A stretch of 64,000 bases of DNA from an uncultured delta proteobacterium (GCA_963812015.1 CAWETI010000002.1:1613213-1677212), one strand, 5' to 3'. Shown: positions 19,470-30,790, numbered from the stretch's first letter. Numbers and translations: made by a program. The notes: generated by a model from the letters alone, not told the origin.

Positions 19470-21407
19470 ATGATCAGTAAGAATTTGCTCTGCCTGTGGA
19501 TAGCTGGCATGTTTATCGTTATGGCCGGGTGTAGCGAAGAGACCCCACCGGCGCGGAAAGAAGTGCGGCTGATCCCGATGCAGGATTTCTTCCGGAACCC
19601 GGAGAAAGCCGGATTCAAGATTTCTCCCAACGGCGAGTACCTCTCCTTCCTGATGCCCTGGCAGCACCGCCTCAATATCTATGTCCAGAAGATCGGTCAG
19701 GAACAAGCCATCCGGATTACCGAGTCGACCCAACGCGATATTACCGATTATCGCTGGGCTAACGACCAGCGGCTCCTCTACCTGATGGACAAAAACGGCG
19801 ATGAGAACTATCGGGCCTATGGCGTTAACTGCGACGGCTCCGACTTCAAAGAGCTGACGCCTTTTGAGAATGTCCGGGTCAGTGTCATTGATGGGCAGGA
19901 AGATATCAAAGACGAAATCTTGGTCGGCATGAATAAACGTAATCCGAAAATCTTCGATGCCTACCGGCTCAACATCTATACCGGCGCAATGAAGATGGTG
20001 GGGGAGAACCCGGGCAACATCTCGGGATGGATGGCTGATAACGCCGGCCGGCTCCGGGTGGCAGAGGCTACGGATGGGGTTAATGAGACCCTGCTCTACC
20101 GGAAAACCGAAGCCGATCCCTTCAGAGCCATTGTCACCACCAACTTCAAGGATACTTTAGCGCCTCTTTTTTTCACCTTTGATAATCAATCTCTTTATGT
20201 ATCCTCCAACCTGGGCCGGGATAAGCAAGCGATTTACCGCTACGATATTGAAAATGACAAATTGTTGGACCTGATTTACGAACATCCGGAGGTGGATGTG
20301 GAAGTGCTCTTGCGGTCGAAGGCACGCAAGGTCATTACCGGGGTTTCGTTTTTTACCGATAAACGGCATTATTATTTCTTCGATAAGGCCCGGAGACAGA
20401 TGCAGGAGACCCTGGAAGAGCAGCTGCCCGGCTACGAGGTAGTTGCAGGCGACGAGGGCAGAAACCTGCGGAGCAAAGATGAAACCAAGGTAATCGTCCG
20501 CACCTACAGCGATAAATCCCTGGGGGCATATTACCTTTACAATCAGCTAAGCCACGACCTGAAAAAGCTGGCCGACGTCAGCCCCTGGCTCCAGGAAGCC
20601 GAGTTAGCCGATGTGCAACCGATTCAATTCCAATCCCGGGATGGCATCACCATTCATGGTTATCTGACCCTGCCCAAGGGGGCAGATCCGAAAAACTTGC
20701 CCGTGGTAATTAATCCCCATGGCGGGCCATGGTCCAGAGACCGTTGGGGCTTTGATCCAGAAGTCCAGTTCCTGGTCAACCGCGGCATGGCGGTGCTGCA
20801 GATGAACTTCCGGGGGTCTACCGGCTACGGCAAAGCTTTCTGGCAGGCGGGCTTCAAACAGTGGGGCCGCCTGATGCAGGACGACATCACGGACGGGGTG
20901 CAATGGTTAATCCAACAGGGCATCGCCGATCCCAAACGCATCGGGATTTATGGCGCCTCTTATGGAGGGTATGCCACTCTGGCGGGCGTAACCTTCACTC
21001 CGGATCTTTATGCCTGCGGGGTGGATTACGTGGGTCCCTCCAACCTCTTCACCCTGCTCGCATCCTTCCCACCTTACTGGGGCCTGGAACTCCAGAAGTT
21101 TTATGAGATGATGGGCGACCCGGTGAAAGACAAAGAGTTGCTGATGGAAGTTTCCCCGCTGTTTCACGCCGATAGGATCAAGGCGCCGTTGTTCGTGGCC
21201 CAGGGAGCCCATGACCCCAGGGTGAAAAAGGCGGAGTCCGACCAGATTGTCGCCGCTCTCAAAAAACGCGGTATCGCAGTCTTATACATGGTCAAAGATA
21301 ACGAAGGCCATGGCTTCAGCAACGAGGAGAACCGCTTCGACTTTTATCGAGCCATGGAAGAGTTTTTGGGCAAGCATCTGGGGAGCAAGGTAGAAAAGCG
21401 AAGCTAA
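19470..21407 (+). CDS. S9 family peptidase (prolyl oligopeptidase-like lipoprotein)
   Basis: HGGPW, GASYGG nucleophile, DPRV, EGHG; lipobox MAGC. Confidence 0.92.
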   Translation: MISKNLLCLWIAGMFIVMAGCSEETPPARKEVRLIPMQDFFRNPEKAGFKISPNGEYLSFLMPWQHRLNIYVQKIGQEQAIRITESTQRDITDYRWANDQRLLYLMDKNGDENYRAYGVNCDGSDFKELTPFENVRVSVIDGQEDIKDEILVGMNKRNPKIFDAYRLNIYTGAMKMVGENPGNISGWMADNAGRLRVAEATDGVNETLLYRKTEADPFRAIVTTNFKDTLAPLFFTFDNQSLYVSSNLGRDKQAIYRYDIENDKLLDLIYEHPEVDVEVLLRSKARKVITGVSFFTDKRHYYFFDKARRQMQETLEEQLPGYEVVAGDEGRNLRSKDETKVIVRTYSDKSLGAYYLYNQLSHDLKKLADVSPWLQEAELADVQPIQFQSRDGITIHGYLTLPKGADPKNLPVVINPHGGPWSRDRWGFDPEVQFLVNRGMAVLQMNFRGSTGYGKAFWQAGFKQWGRLMQDDITDGVQWLIQQGIADPKRIGIYGASYGGYATLAGVTFTPDLYACGVDYVGPSNLFTLLASFPPYWGLELQKFYEMMGDPVKDKELLMEVSPLFHADRIKAPLFVAQGAHDPRVKKAESDQIVAALKKRGIAVLYMVKDNEGHGFSNEENRFDFYRAMEEFLGKHLGSKVEKRS

Positions 21408-21777
21408 ACTGAAATTCGATAAATTGATTTTAAAACCGCGAAGGCAGATTCGATGCAACTTGCGCACAACGTATTGTTATGCCCATTCTCATAGACCAGT
21501 CTGTTAGACAAACATCGTAGGTTTCACTAACTGCTATAATCCGAAACTTATCACCGGCCCAAAAACTTCCTATATCCAGATCATATCGCCAATTTATGCT
21601 CTTCGATGATAACTGCCGCTTCTGGCAAGTTAGCTGCAATATTCAATATAGAATTAGAAGGAAAATAAAAAGACGGCCCGCAGGCCGCCTTGCAGGTTTT
21701 CCAGAAGCTCTCGTCTTAGAAGTGGTAAGCCTCTCCCACCAAGGTGGGTGAGTAAATGATCCCCAAGAAGGCGATTT

Positions 21778-24483
21778 CTACTTTGGTAGCGGCCCTTGAG
21801 TTATCTGCACCAGATCTGCCGGTCTTACCCACTTGGCAAAGGCCCCTTTGACCTGCTCAGCGGTCATCGCCGCATAGACTTTAGCGGCGGTGATCGGTTC
21901 ATCAGGCGGCAAGTCCAGAATAGAGCGTTTGATCAACCCTTGAGCAATGCTCTGCAAACTGGATTCGGACAGTGGAATTCTTCGCAGCAACATCAATTTT
22001 GCCTGTCGTAATTCGTCGGGATTTACCCGTTGGGACTGCATCTCCATTAAATTACGCTTCACGATGCTATGGACTTTGGCAACATTGTCCGGATCGCAGG
22101 CATACTCAATGGCATAAAGGGCGCGGGTCTGATTGGCTTGCAACTCCACCTCCACGGAATATACGAGACCGGTTTCTTCCCGCAACTCCCGGTAAAGCCG
22201 GGTAGCATAAAAGCCACCTCCCAGGACGTGATTACCTAACACCAGGGCGTAGTAATCCGGATTGGACCGTGTCAGCCCCAGGGTTTCTGCCAGATTAACC
22301 TCATCTTGCTTCCGGCTGGCATTTGGTACGGCCACAGAGGCAGGAGCATTGGGTGGTACAGGCGGTAACAGGGTATTTGGTTTAGGACCAGAAGCCGTCC
22401 ATTGTCCAAAGTATCGCTCGATTACCTGTCTTGCCTGCTTCTTGGTCACCTTGCCGATAACAACAATAATGGTCTGGTCTGGTCGAAAGACTTTCGAAAA
22501 ATATTCTTTGACATCCGACAAAGTCAACCCTGAGACAGTGCCCGGGGTGGCCTGGCGCAAGGTCGGGTCGCTTTTAGGAAATAAAGCCGCTTTGAGTGCC
22601 CGGTGCGTCAGGTAATCCGGACTTTGGAGCTTGCCTGCTATGGTATCGGCTACCTGACAGCGAACAATTTTGAAGGCGTCCTCCGGTAGAGCCGGATGGA
22701 GTTCATTATCCGCCAATAGCTGCACCCCGCGCTCGAAGTGGTCGGACAATATCTGTAAAGAAAAAGAAGTTCCGGTGGAGACTTGCGCCGCAATATCATC
22801 CAGGGCTTTCTGAAAGGCCAACCGATCCAGTGAGGTGGTGCCGTATGAAAAAAGCTGGTCCAGTACCTGATCGATGCCCTCCTGGCCTTGAGGCTCCTGT
22901 AAATCCGGCTGATTTTTAATATGGCCGTAAACGCTGATCGTGTTGCTAATAGATTCATCCTGAACAATTAATTTAATCCCGTTGGGCAAGATGCTCACCA
23001 CCGGATGAATGGTGGAGGTTGGAATGGACAATCGGTCTAAGGTACTCTTGGCCCACTCGGGCAGGGTAACGTTTTTGCCAGGCCGCAGATTGAAGGATTC
23101 TTTGCCGGCAAAGCCTTTGGCGGATGTGGGTTGGCCGGAGGCCTCGGGAGTAAGGATGGCCACCACCGCATGATTGAGATCCAGGTATTGGCGGGCGACG
23201 CGATCAACGTCCTTCACCGTAACCTTTGTAATGGCCTGAACGTCGTCTGCGGGAGACTGCCGGCCTTCCACCGCCAGAGCTTGTGACCACGTCATGGCCA
23301 GCTCGGACACCGAATTTTTTTGTTCTTCCAGTTGCGCCAACTCATGGTTTTTGGCAGCTTCCACCAGATCGGCGGCGATACCCTGTTTAACGCTTTTGGC
23401 TAAGACTTCTTTGACCTCCTGAAGCAAGTTCTGAGGATCGCCGCCCTTAGGGAATGCGCCCAGCGCATAGGCCAGACCTGCCTCGGGGAAGGTGTTCAAT
23501 GCAAAGCCGGTGTTTAAGGCCTTGCCCGCCGCCGTTAGGCCATATAAGTCCGCCCGTTGACTGTTCAAGACGTCGGCCAGCACCTGGGACGTGGCATAAT
23601 CAGGGCTGTTATAGCCGGGTAAGCGAAAAGCGACAATGACCAACCCGTAAGGCAAATCCGTGTTCATCTCGATCTTTTCGGCTGCTACCGGCTGCAGCCG
23701 AACCTCCGGCCGTAAGGGCAGTTTTTTCCTGGGGATATTCCCGAATAGTATCTTTATGCTCTCAAGCGTTTTTTGGGGATCCACATCCCCGGTGATCACG
23801 AGAATGGCGTTATTGGGGGCGTACCAGGTATCGTGAAACTTTTTGAGCATGGCGCCGGTGGTCAGGTCGAAAGAGGCGCGAGTGCCCAGCGCATCGTGGG
23901 CATATGGCGTCCCCTTGAACATGGTCGCCAGGAGTTTAGTATAAAAGACATATTCAGGATTGGAGAGATCCTGGGCCACCTCCTGCTCAATCGCGCCTCG
24001 CTCTTGATTCCAGAGTTCGTCACTGTCGAGGACGTCTCGCATCCGAATGGCCTCGATATGCAAGGCCACATCAAGATCCTCGGCCGGAACGGTAAAAGTG
24101 TACTGGGTGACCACCTGCTGCGTTTCAGCGTCGAAACCCCCACCCATAGCTGCACTGATGGCAGCCAGCTGGCCAGCCGAAAGCCCCGGACTGCCGCGAA
24201 ACATCATGTGTTCCTGAGCATGGGCCATTCCTGGGAAACCTTCCGGAGCCTCGTTTGATCCGACCAAATAATTGACCACGGTCGTGGCCACGGGAGCGAT
24301 GGGATCTTTCACAATCACCACGCGCAGGCCGTTGCTCAAAGTGGCTCGCAAAACGGCATCTTGGTTTTCCCCGGTGCCACAGGCTAATGAAGCCGCCAGC
24401 GAAAAAATCACGAGCACTTTCCACCCGATGTCGGCCAGCCAGTTTAGATCCAGTCGTTTTCCGAATAACAATCGTTTGGTCAT
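21778..24483 (-). CDS. M16 family zinc protease (PqqL-like)
   Basis: HAQEH inverted Zn motif; tandem M16 domains; start uncertain (24483 or 24519). Confidence 0.9.
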   Translation of the reverse strand: MTKRLLFGKRLDLNWLADIGWKVLVIFSLAASLACGTGENQDAVLRATLSNGLRVVIVKDPIAPVATTVVNYLVGSNEAPEGFPGMAHAQEHMMFRGSPGLSAGQLAAISAAMGGGFDAETQQVVTQYTFTVPAEDLDVALHIEAIRMRDVLDSDELWNQERGAIEQEVAQDLSNPEYVFYTKLLATMFKGTPYAHDALGTRASFDLTTGAMLKKFHDTWYAPNNAILVITGDVDPQKTLESIKILFGNIPRKKLPLRPEVRLQPVAAEKIEMNTDLPYGLVIVAFRLPGYNSPDYATSQVLADVLNSQRADLYGLTAAGKALNTGFALNTFPEAGLAYALGAFPKGGDPQNLLQEVKEVLAKSVKQGIAADLVEAAKNHELAQLEEQKNSVSELAMTWSQALAVEGRQSPADDVQAITKVTVKDVDRVARQYLDLNHAVVAILTPEASGQPTSAKGFAGKESFNLRPGKNVTLPEWAKSTLDRLSIPTSTIHPVVSILPNGIKLIVQDESISNTISVYGHIKNQPDLQEPQGQEGIDQVLDQLFSYGTTSLDRLAFQKALDDIAAQVSTGTSFSLQILSDHFERGVQLLADNELHPALPEDAFKIVRCQVADTIAGKLQSPDYLTHRALKAALFPKSDPTLRQATPGTVSGLTLSDVKEYFSKVFRPDQTIIVVIGKVTKKQARQVIERYFGQWTASGPKPNTLLPPVPPNAPASVAVPNASRKQDEVNLAETLGLTRSNPDYYALVLGNHVLGGGFYATRLYRELREETGLVYSVEVELQANQTRALYAIEYACDPDNVAKVHSIVKRNLMEMQSQRVNPDELRQAKLMLLRRIPLSESSLQSIAQGLIKRSILDLPPDEPITAAKVYAAMTAEQVKGAFAKWVRPADLVQITQGPLPK

Positions 24484-24763
24484 GTCACTATCTTCTTTAT
24501 TTAGATGCATAAATTGCATGGGTTCCGAAATTGATATAAGCCATTACCTCATGAAATATAATCACTTAAAAACTTCTTGTGTTTCCTTCGAACGGAAAAT
24601 TTCCAATGCTAAAAATCTTAGATCCCCAGTTCTATAGGCTGACTGAGGTTGACGGTATATCCGGGCCTATAGTTTACTTGTCCATAAAGGGCCCGGTAAT
24701 TGCCGTTGCCCCTGCCTGGCAAGGATACGGAAGTTGTTATCGCTTGATCGCTTTGAGGATACG

Positions 24764-25630
24764 TTAAAAACCAATCCTATAAAGCCAGAGGACGCCGGCG
24801 GAGGCAAAGAGGCAGTAAAGCCCGAACAGTTGCCAGCGGCCTTGCTCCAGCCAGCGAGAGAGCCAGCGGAGGGCAAGCAATCCGGCGAGACAACTGAACA
24901 CCATGCCCAGGAGGCTGGGGAAAAAAAGGGTGAATACACCGTTCCCGTGAGGCAATGCAGATGGATGAGCCTTTAACAATCTCCAGATCTCCCGCCCAAT
25001 GACCGGCGGGGTCAAGACCACGGCCAGGGCGAAGCTGAACTCCTCGACTCTCTCTTTGTTAATCCCCAAAATCAGCCCCACGGAAATAGTCGCACCGGAA
25101 CGGGAAAACCCCCGAAAGGGCAGGCAGAGGCCCTGAACCACGCCGATTAATGATGATCCTTGTAGGCCGGTATGGGAGGGGCGCCCCGAGCGCTCAGCCC
25201 GAACCCCGGCATAAATAATCAATATCCCTACCGACCCCAGTGCGATGCCAATTAAGCCCAGATTCCCAAAGATCAATTCAATTTCGGCATGCGGCACGCC
25301 TTTGAGGGCGAAATTCTCTATAAGAAATTTCAGTGCCAAGCCTACAACACCAGTCAGTGCGGTAGCGACGGCCACTCGCTTGGCGAAATTCCAGAATATG
25401 CGGCGAGAGGCGAAATAGTTCTCTTTCCAGGCCTTCCAAAAATAGAAAATCACCGCCACCATCGTGCCGGTATGCAGCATCACCAACAGCAACGTCATAT
25501 CCGGCCTCGTGGGATCGAGACCCATTAACTTCTCCGCCACGATGACGTGCGCTGAACTCGAAACCGGCAGCAGTTCAGCCGCCCCTTGAACAATGGCCAA
25601 AACTAAAATTTTGAGGATGAGCATAGGCAT
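24764..25630 (-). CDS. uppP: Undecaprenyl-diphosphate phosphatase
   Basis: VQGAAELLPVSSSAH, GFSRSGATIS. Confidence 0.9.
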   Translation of the reverse strand: MPMLILKILVLAIVQGAAELLPVSSSAHVIVAEKLMGLDPTRPDMTLLLVMLHTGTMVAVIFYFWKAWKENYFASRRIFWNFAKRVAVATALTGVVGLALKFLIENFALKGVPHAEIELIFGNLGLIGIALGSVGILIIYAGVRAERSGRPSHTGLQGSSLIGVVQGLCLPFRGFSRSGATISVGLILGINKERVEEFSFALAVVLTPPVIGREIWRLLKAHPSALPHGNGVFTLFFPSLLGMVFSCLAGLLALRWLSRWLEQGRWQLFGLYCLFASAGVLWLYRIGF

Positions 25631-25952
25631 ATCTTTGCGGTCGCTCCAGCAGGTTCTAACCAGAGACCATGTGGCAGCCTTGATTTCCCTTTCTGAGTTT
25701 TAACCTTGAAAAGCTCCTTCTTCGAAAATCCTGTCTGGTGAGAGGAAAGATACCCGCAGCCTCAAAAAGGCCCCAACCTGCAAAGGGCCACATGTCTTCT
25801 CACGTCAACCGCATACAGATTCGATAACTAATTATATCTGAAATTCCGGACTCTCCGGCGATAGTTATGGATTCCGGCAAGAACTGTTGAACACGCTATT
25901 TTGGAACAGGGTATTTCTTTTGGGTCCAGAGCCTTTGGAATGAATCCTGGCG

Positions 25953-26762
25953 TCATGGATCAAAGGGACGCCCGAGAAATCTCCTGGGTACTAAGGTGAC
26001 CCGTGGCACCCGGCCGAGAGGGTTTTCATCCACCAACACAGGACAGCCGTAGGCTTGCTCCAGCAGCTCATAGGTGAGCACGTCCGCGGGGCGTCCCGAT
26101 TGGATGGTTTTTCCCTCGGTCATCAAAAGCAGTTGTTGGCCATACATGGCGGCCAGGTTCAGGTCATGGGAAACCATGACCACCGTCAGACCCCATTCTT
26201 GTTGCAACTGCGACATCAGGTCCATGATGTTTATCTGATGCGCCGGATCCAGGGCCGCGGTGGGCTCGTCCAGCAGAAGGAGTCGCGGCTGCTGGCAGAT
26301 GGCTCGGGCAATGATCACCCGCTGTAATTCCCCGCCGCTTAGTTCCGGCAAGGGCCGCTGGGCCAGGTGGGCCACGTTCGTAAAGGTCATGGCTTCCACA
26401 GTCAGATTCAGATCTTTTTGTTGTTCAAGGCCCATCCACCCCACGTGGGGTGACCGCCCCATCAGGACCACTTCCTGGACAGTAAAGGGAATATTCGTGG
26501 CAACCCGTTGGGGCACGACCGCAACGAGACGGGCTAAGGCCTTTTTGGAAAAATGACTCACCGGTTTACCCCAAATCTCCACCTGCCCCTGTTGGGGTTT
26601 CACCGCCCCGGCTATGGCCCGCAAGAGAGTGGTTTTTCCTGAGCTGTTGGGACCGATGATAATGAAAAAGGCCCCTTCCGGCACTTCGATGGAGAGATCA
26701 CGGAGGATTGGTTGACGGCCATAAGAGACCTGGAGGTGCTTTACCAGAACCGCCGGAGGCAT
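25953..26762 (-). CDS. Cobalamin/Fe-siderophore ABC ATP-binding protein (BtuD-like)
   Basis: GPNSSGKTT, LSGGELQR, LLDEPT; last gene of the B12-riboswitch operon. Confidence 0.9.
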   Translation of the reverse strand: MPPAVLVKHLQVSYGRQPILRDLSIEVPEGAFFIIIGPNSSGKTTLLRAIAGAVKPQQGQVEIWGKPVSHFSKKALARLVAVVPQRVATNIPFTVQEVVLMGRSPHVGWMGLEQQKDLNLTVEAMTFTNVAHLAQRPLPELSGGELQRVIIARAICQQPRLLLLDEPTAALDPAHQINIMDLMSQLQQEWGLTVVMVSHDLNLAAMYGQQLLLMTEGKTIQSGRPADVLTYELLEQAYGCPVLVDENPLGRVPRVTLVPRRFLGRPFDP

Positions 26763-27769
26763 CACCTGGACCTCATTAACAGGAGCACAAACAGCGGCGC
26801 GCCCACCATGGCGGTGATCACCCCCACGGGCATCTCCCCCTGGGCGGGCAGCACCCGGGCGACCAGGTCGCACACTATCAGGAAACTTCCCCCTCCCAGA
26901 AGACAGGCGGGAATGAGGAGCCGATGGTCCGGCCCTAACATGAGCCGGAACAGATGGGGAACCACCAACCCGACGAATCCCACCAGGCCGGATTGACAAA
27001 CCGCCAAGCTCACCATCAGAGAGGTAACGACCAGCAGGATCCGGGAGGTCAAGGCCACGTTCAAGCCCAGGTACAGGGCCGTCTCTTCTCCCATGAGCAA
27101 AAGATTCAGGGGGCGGGCCAGACAGAGAACCACCAGGAAACAGGGTAGCAAGAAATAGATCAGGAAAGTGGTCTGGTCAGGGGTGGACATGGAGAGATCA
27201 CCCATCAGCCAGTAGAGCATGTTGTGTAACCGCGCATCCTGGGTGATGGACACCAGGAAAATGATCACTGCGGAGCAAAAGGCGTTCACCATGACGCCTG
27301 CGAGGAGCAACGAACCTTTCCTGCCCCGGGGTTCCCCGGCAGTGATCGCCAGGACCAGGAGCAGAGTGCTCATGCTTCCCAAAAAAGCCAGGAGCGCCAC
27401 GCCGGGGAAGGGCGCCAACCCCGCCAAAAGCCCCAAAATAGCCCCCACCGCGGACCCGCCGGAGATCCCCAGGATATAGGGATCGGCCAGGGGGTTGCGC
27501 AGCAGGGCTTGAAAGACCAGGCCCCCCAGGGACAGCGTGGCGCCCACCAGACCCGCCAGGAGCGCCCGGGGCCAGCGAATCCGCCAGATAATGGTGGTCA
27601 GGATGTCCTCGGGGCCGCCCTGGCCCAGGAAAGCGGCCAGATTTTGCCGCCAGCTTGCGGGGGTGGAGCCCAAACTCATTCCCAGAACCAGACTGAGGGC
27701 CAAAAGCACGCCACCAAGCATGAGTACCCACAGCAAACGCCGGCCTAAGGGGAGACCGCTCCAGCTCAT
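26762..27769 (-). CDS. FecCD/BtuC-family permease
   Basis: IRWPRA, LRNPLADPYILGISGG, GFVGLVVPH. Confidence 0.9.
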   Translation of the reverse strand: MSWSGLPLGRRLLWVLMLGGVLLALSLVLGMSLGSTPASWRQNLAAFLGQGGPEDILTTIIWRIRWPRALLAGLVGATLSLGGLVFQALLRNPLADPYILGISGGSAVGAILGLLAGLAPFPGVALLAFLGSMSTLLLVLAITAGEPRGRKGSLLLAGVMVNAFCSAVIIFLVSITQDARLHNMLYWLMGDLSMSTPDQTTFLIYFLLPCFLVVLCLARPLNLLLMGEETALYLGLNVALTSRILLVVTSLMVSLAVCQSGLVGFVGLVVPHLFRLMLGPDHRLLIPACLLGGGSFLIVCDLVARVLPAQGEMPVGVITAMVGAPLFVLLLMRSR

Positions 27770-28692
27770 AGCTGCTCTCCAGTCAACTCTGGATGGATCA
27801 GGCGAAAGAGCATTTCAAGGCCATCCAGGAGTCGGGGAGAGGGGCGATCCACCAGGTCGGAATCGATGAGAAAGATGCGGTGGTTACGGGCGGCTGGCAC
27901 AGTCTCCCAGCGCTCCCAGCCGGCTTTGACCTGCTCAAAGGCACCTCCCCGGTCCATTGAGGTAATGATGATGACCTCAGGCTTCAGGGCCAAAATTTGT
28001 TCTTGAGAAAAACGGGGATATGGCACCTTACCCGCGGCCAGGTTCAGTCCGCCGGCGGTGGTGATCAATTCATCCAGGAAGGTGTGGGAACCGGCGGAGA
28101 CGATGGGAGAGATGCCGATCTGGAAAAAGACCCGGGGACAGCGAGCGACGTGGGCCGCGAGGTCTTTGATGCGTTGATAGCGGCGGCTGAGGTCAGTGGC
28201 CAATTTCTCGGCTCTGGCCTTGGTGCCTAAGAGATTGCCGATTTCTTTAATAGTGGCAATCACCCCTGGCACGTTATGAGGGTCAACCACATAGACCGGA
28301 ATGCCCAGACTTTGTAGGCGGTCCACCACATGGCGAGGATTGCCGTCTTTGATAGCCAGACAGAGGTCTGGCCGCAACGCCACGATCCTCTCCAGATCAG
28401 GGGAGATATATGAACCCACTTTAGGCAATTTCCGGGCGTCGGGGGGATAATCGCTGAACTGCTCGACACCGCACACCCGGGAGCCCGCTTCCAGGGCGAA
28501 GACCATCTCGGTGAGACTGGCAGCCATGGTCACCAGGCGCTGCGGAGCAGCCGGGACCTGTACCTGGCGTCCCAACTGGTCAGCCTGAACCCTGGCTAAA
28601 GCGTGGCAGGGCGACAATCCCGCCAGTAGCCCCAAGGCGGCAATCGATACGAATTTTCGTGTATTCTTGCAAAGTCTCAACTTGCGAACCAT
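27766..28692 (-). CDS. Cobalamin-binding periplasmic protein (BtuF-like)
   Basis: SLTEMVFAL, SDYPP, ERIVALRPDL, VDRPSPRL. Confidence 0.88.
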   Translation of the reverse strand: MVRKLRLCKNTRKFVSIAALGLLAGLSPCHALARVQADQLGRQVQVPAAPQRLVTMAASLTEMVFALEAGSRVCGVEQFSDYPPDARKLPKVGSYISPDLERIVALRPDLCLAIKDGNPRHVVDRLQSLGIPVYVVDPHNVPGVIATIKEIGNLLGTKARAEKLATDLSRRYQRIKDLAAHVARCPRVFFQIGISPIVSAGSHTFLDELITTAGGLNLAAGKVPYPRFSQEQILALKPEVIIITSMDRGGAFEQVKAGWERWETVPAARNHRIFLIDSDLVDRPSPRLLDGLEMLFRLIHPELTGEQL

Positions 28693-28732
28693 CGGTTTTC
28701 TTATGTCCTCCTTGGGTGACCTAACGGGCCGC

Positions 28733-30754
28733 CTAAGGTATGCCGCCTGGCTGGGAGCGGGCCGCCAGCCCATTAATAAAAGCCTCACAGGCCATGTGCA
28801 GCGGCCGCGGCAATTCTCCCTGAAAAGATATCGTCTGCCACTCAGTTACCGGTTTGCCTGCCAGCTCCCGCGCTACCATTTTGCAATAATCTGCAAAGGC
28901 GCTTAAATCGAGCACTTGACCCCGTTCGTACGCATCACTCAGGGCCATAGCCGTTTCCATAAAGCAGGCGTAGTGCGGCTCCAGCATAACGCTCTCCCAT
29001 GACGATAAGACCTGCCCCCGATAAGCCTTAGGAAGGTTCCGAACCAGATCATAAAGTCCCAGTCGGCGTTCCTGTAACCGTTGCCAGAGGGGACGAGAGG
29101 AGATAATGCCGTTCTGTTTGGCCACCGCCTCCCGCACTCCCTGGTAAACCGCTCTGCCGATCAACTCCCCCATTTTGGAGTGTCCTCCAGCATTATCTAT
29201 GGCCGGACCCTGGCCTCCCACCACGATGATATTATCCGTCCCGGTCCCCGTGGCTTGGTAGGTTAAAGGGTGCTCCGAACTGCGAACGTCCAGATCCTGG
29301 AGGGCGGCGGTTTTGGCCTCGGTGGCGGCGATCAGAGCCCGGCTCATAGCCCGGGGAGAAAACTGGCAGTTGCTCAACAGAAGGATATTGATGGTTCCGG
29401 GTTCATAGAATCTGCCCTCATCCTGGGAGAGTCGCAAGGCGTTGCCCTCCACCCCGGCAGTAACCAGGGCATACACTTTGATATCCTTAAACGTTGACTG
29501 CTGCACCGAGAGATTGGCCATGTCGGCCCCGGTGAACAGGAAGCTGGTATTTTGGCCGGTTTTTTTCAGGACCCGGTAGAGCTGGGCTCTATCTTTGGCC
29601 AGACCCAGGTAGTGGGAGATTCCCCAACCGGGTGGCGGGGTGTAATGGTTCCCAACGGTGAGGATGCCCTGGCGGGGGCCCTCCAGGGTGGAAATAACGG
29701 CCACGGGGGTTTTAAAGTCGATTACCAAGGACTTGTGCTCAAAGTCCATAATGCGGCTGCGAGTCACCCGGGCTTGCCGCACATAAGGGAGATCCAGAGT
29801 AAGCGGGTCACTGGCGAGCACGGCATCGGGCCGCACCCGGTTCTTTGGGTCGGCAAAATCCTTGAGGTAGAGCGTGGCGGCCAGCCAGGCCACGAAGTCT
29901 CCGGCATGCACCGAGGCGCGGCAGGTCAACTCACAAGGAAAGCGGTAGATTCTCCCCTGACGCACAGCCTCCACCTCTTGCCAGCCCGGCTGCTGCACCA
30001 ACTTTTGCACCTGCTTCAGGTCGCTGCCGCAGGTGAAGATGACCTGGGGGTTGAATTGTTGCCATTCTGAGAGGGTGATGGGAACTATCGCCCCCTTTTT
30101 CCCCAGGCTGGGAGAGATACCCCCGGCATGCCGGATATAGTCGTTCTGGAAGGAATCATCACCGGGAACCACCATCTGCTTGTCACTCATCAGCCTGAGG
30201 GCTCGTACCCGCTGGGAGTCAGGAACCCGGGCGACTTTTTCCCGGATGAGGTCCATTTTGTCCTGGATCTGACGGCAAAGAGCATCCGCCTGCTCCTGCC
30301 GCTGAAACATGGCCCCCAGCAAGCGCAGATTGGCGAGGATGTCCGAAACCGTATGGGCCTCCAGGTGTACCACCGGAATGCCCGAGTCCTTGAAGCGTTC
30401 CTGCACTTCCTTCTGTATATCGGACACAAAAATACAGTCCGGTTGACATTGGGCGATGACTTGGGTTATGGGGTTAAAAAAACCGCCCACCACGGCGGGT
30501 TTCCCCGTTTGCGGGGGGACGCGATCATAGTAGGTCACCCCCTGCAAGGTTTCTCCCACCCCTAAAGCCAGAAGCATTTCCGTGACCTCGGGGACCAGAG
30601 ATACGACCCGTCGGGGGGGCTGGGCAATGGTCATGGGGCGGTTATAGGCATCAGTGACGCTGACTTCGTTTGCGCCTCCGGCCCACAAGGGTATGACCAG
30701 ACAGCCAACGAACAGGACCGTCACTATGAGAATCGAGGAAACCCGCTTGTTCAT
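28733..30754 (-). CDS. Fusion of BtuF-like binding domain and adenosylcobinamide amidohydrolase (CbiZ)
   Basis: Signal peptide and RVVSLVPEVTE SBP domain, then FTGADM, VTAGVEGNA, GTINI, TEAKTAAL, ATGTGTD CbiZ motifs. Confidence 0.85.
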   Translation of the reverse strand: MNKRVSSILIVTVLFVGCLVIPLWAGGANEVSVTDAYNRPMTIAQPPRRVVSLVPEVTEMLLALGVGETLQGVTYYDRVPPQTGKPAVVGGFFNPITQVIAQCQPDCIFVSDIQKEVQERFKDSGIPVVHLEAHTVSDILANLRLLGAMFQRQEQADALCRQIQDKMDLIREKVARVPDSQRVRALRLMSDKQMVVPGDDSFQNDYIRHAGGISPSLGKKGAIVPITLSEWQQFNPQVIFTCGSDLKQVQKLVQQPGWQEVEAVRQGRIYRFPCELTCRASVHAGDFVAWLAATLYLKDFADPKNRVRPDAVLASDPLTLDLPYVRQARVTRSRIMDFEHKSLVIDFKTPVAVISTLEGPRQGILTVGNHYTPPPGWGISHYLGLAKDRAQLYRVLKKTGQNTSFLFTGADMANLSVQQSTFKDIKVYALVTAGVEGNALRLSQDEGRFYEPGTINILLLSNCQFSPRAMSRALIAATEAKTAALQDLDVRSSEHPLTYQATGTGTDNIIVVGGQGPAIDNAGGHSKMGELIGRAVYQGVREAVAKQNGIISSRPLWQRLQERRLGLYDLVRNLPKAYRGQVLSSWESVMLEPHYACFMETAMALSDAYERGQVLDLSAFADYCKMVARELAGKPVTEWQTISFQGELPRPLHMACEAFINGLAARSQPGGIP

Positions 30755-30790
30755 AAACAATCTCCTGAGCGCCTGATATCTTGCGCCGAA

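Noticed and set aside
21703..21762. Possible IS200/IS605 end hairpin (ctcccaccaaggtgggtgag)
   Set aside because: Weak resemblance, no tnpA/tnpB nearby; could be a terminator region
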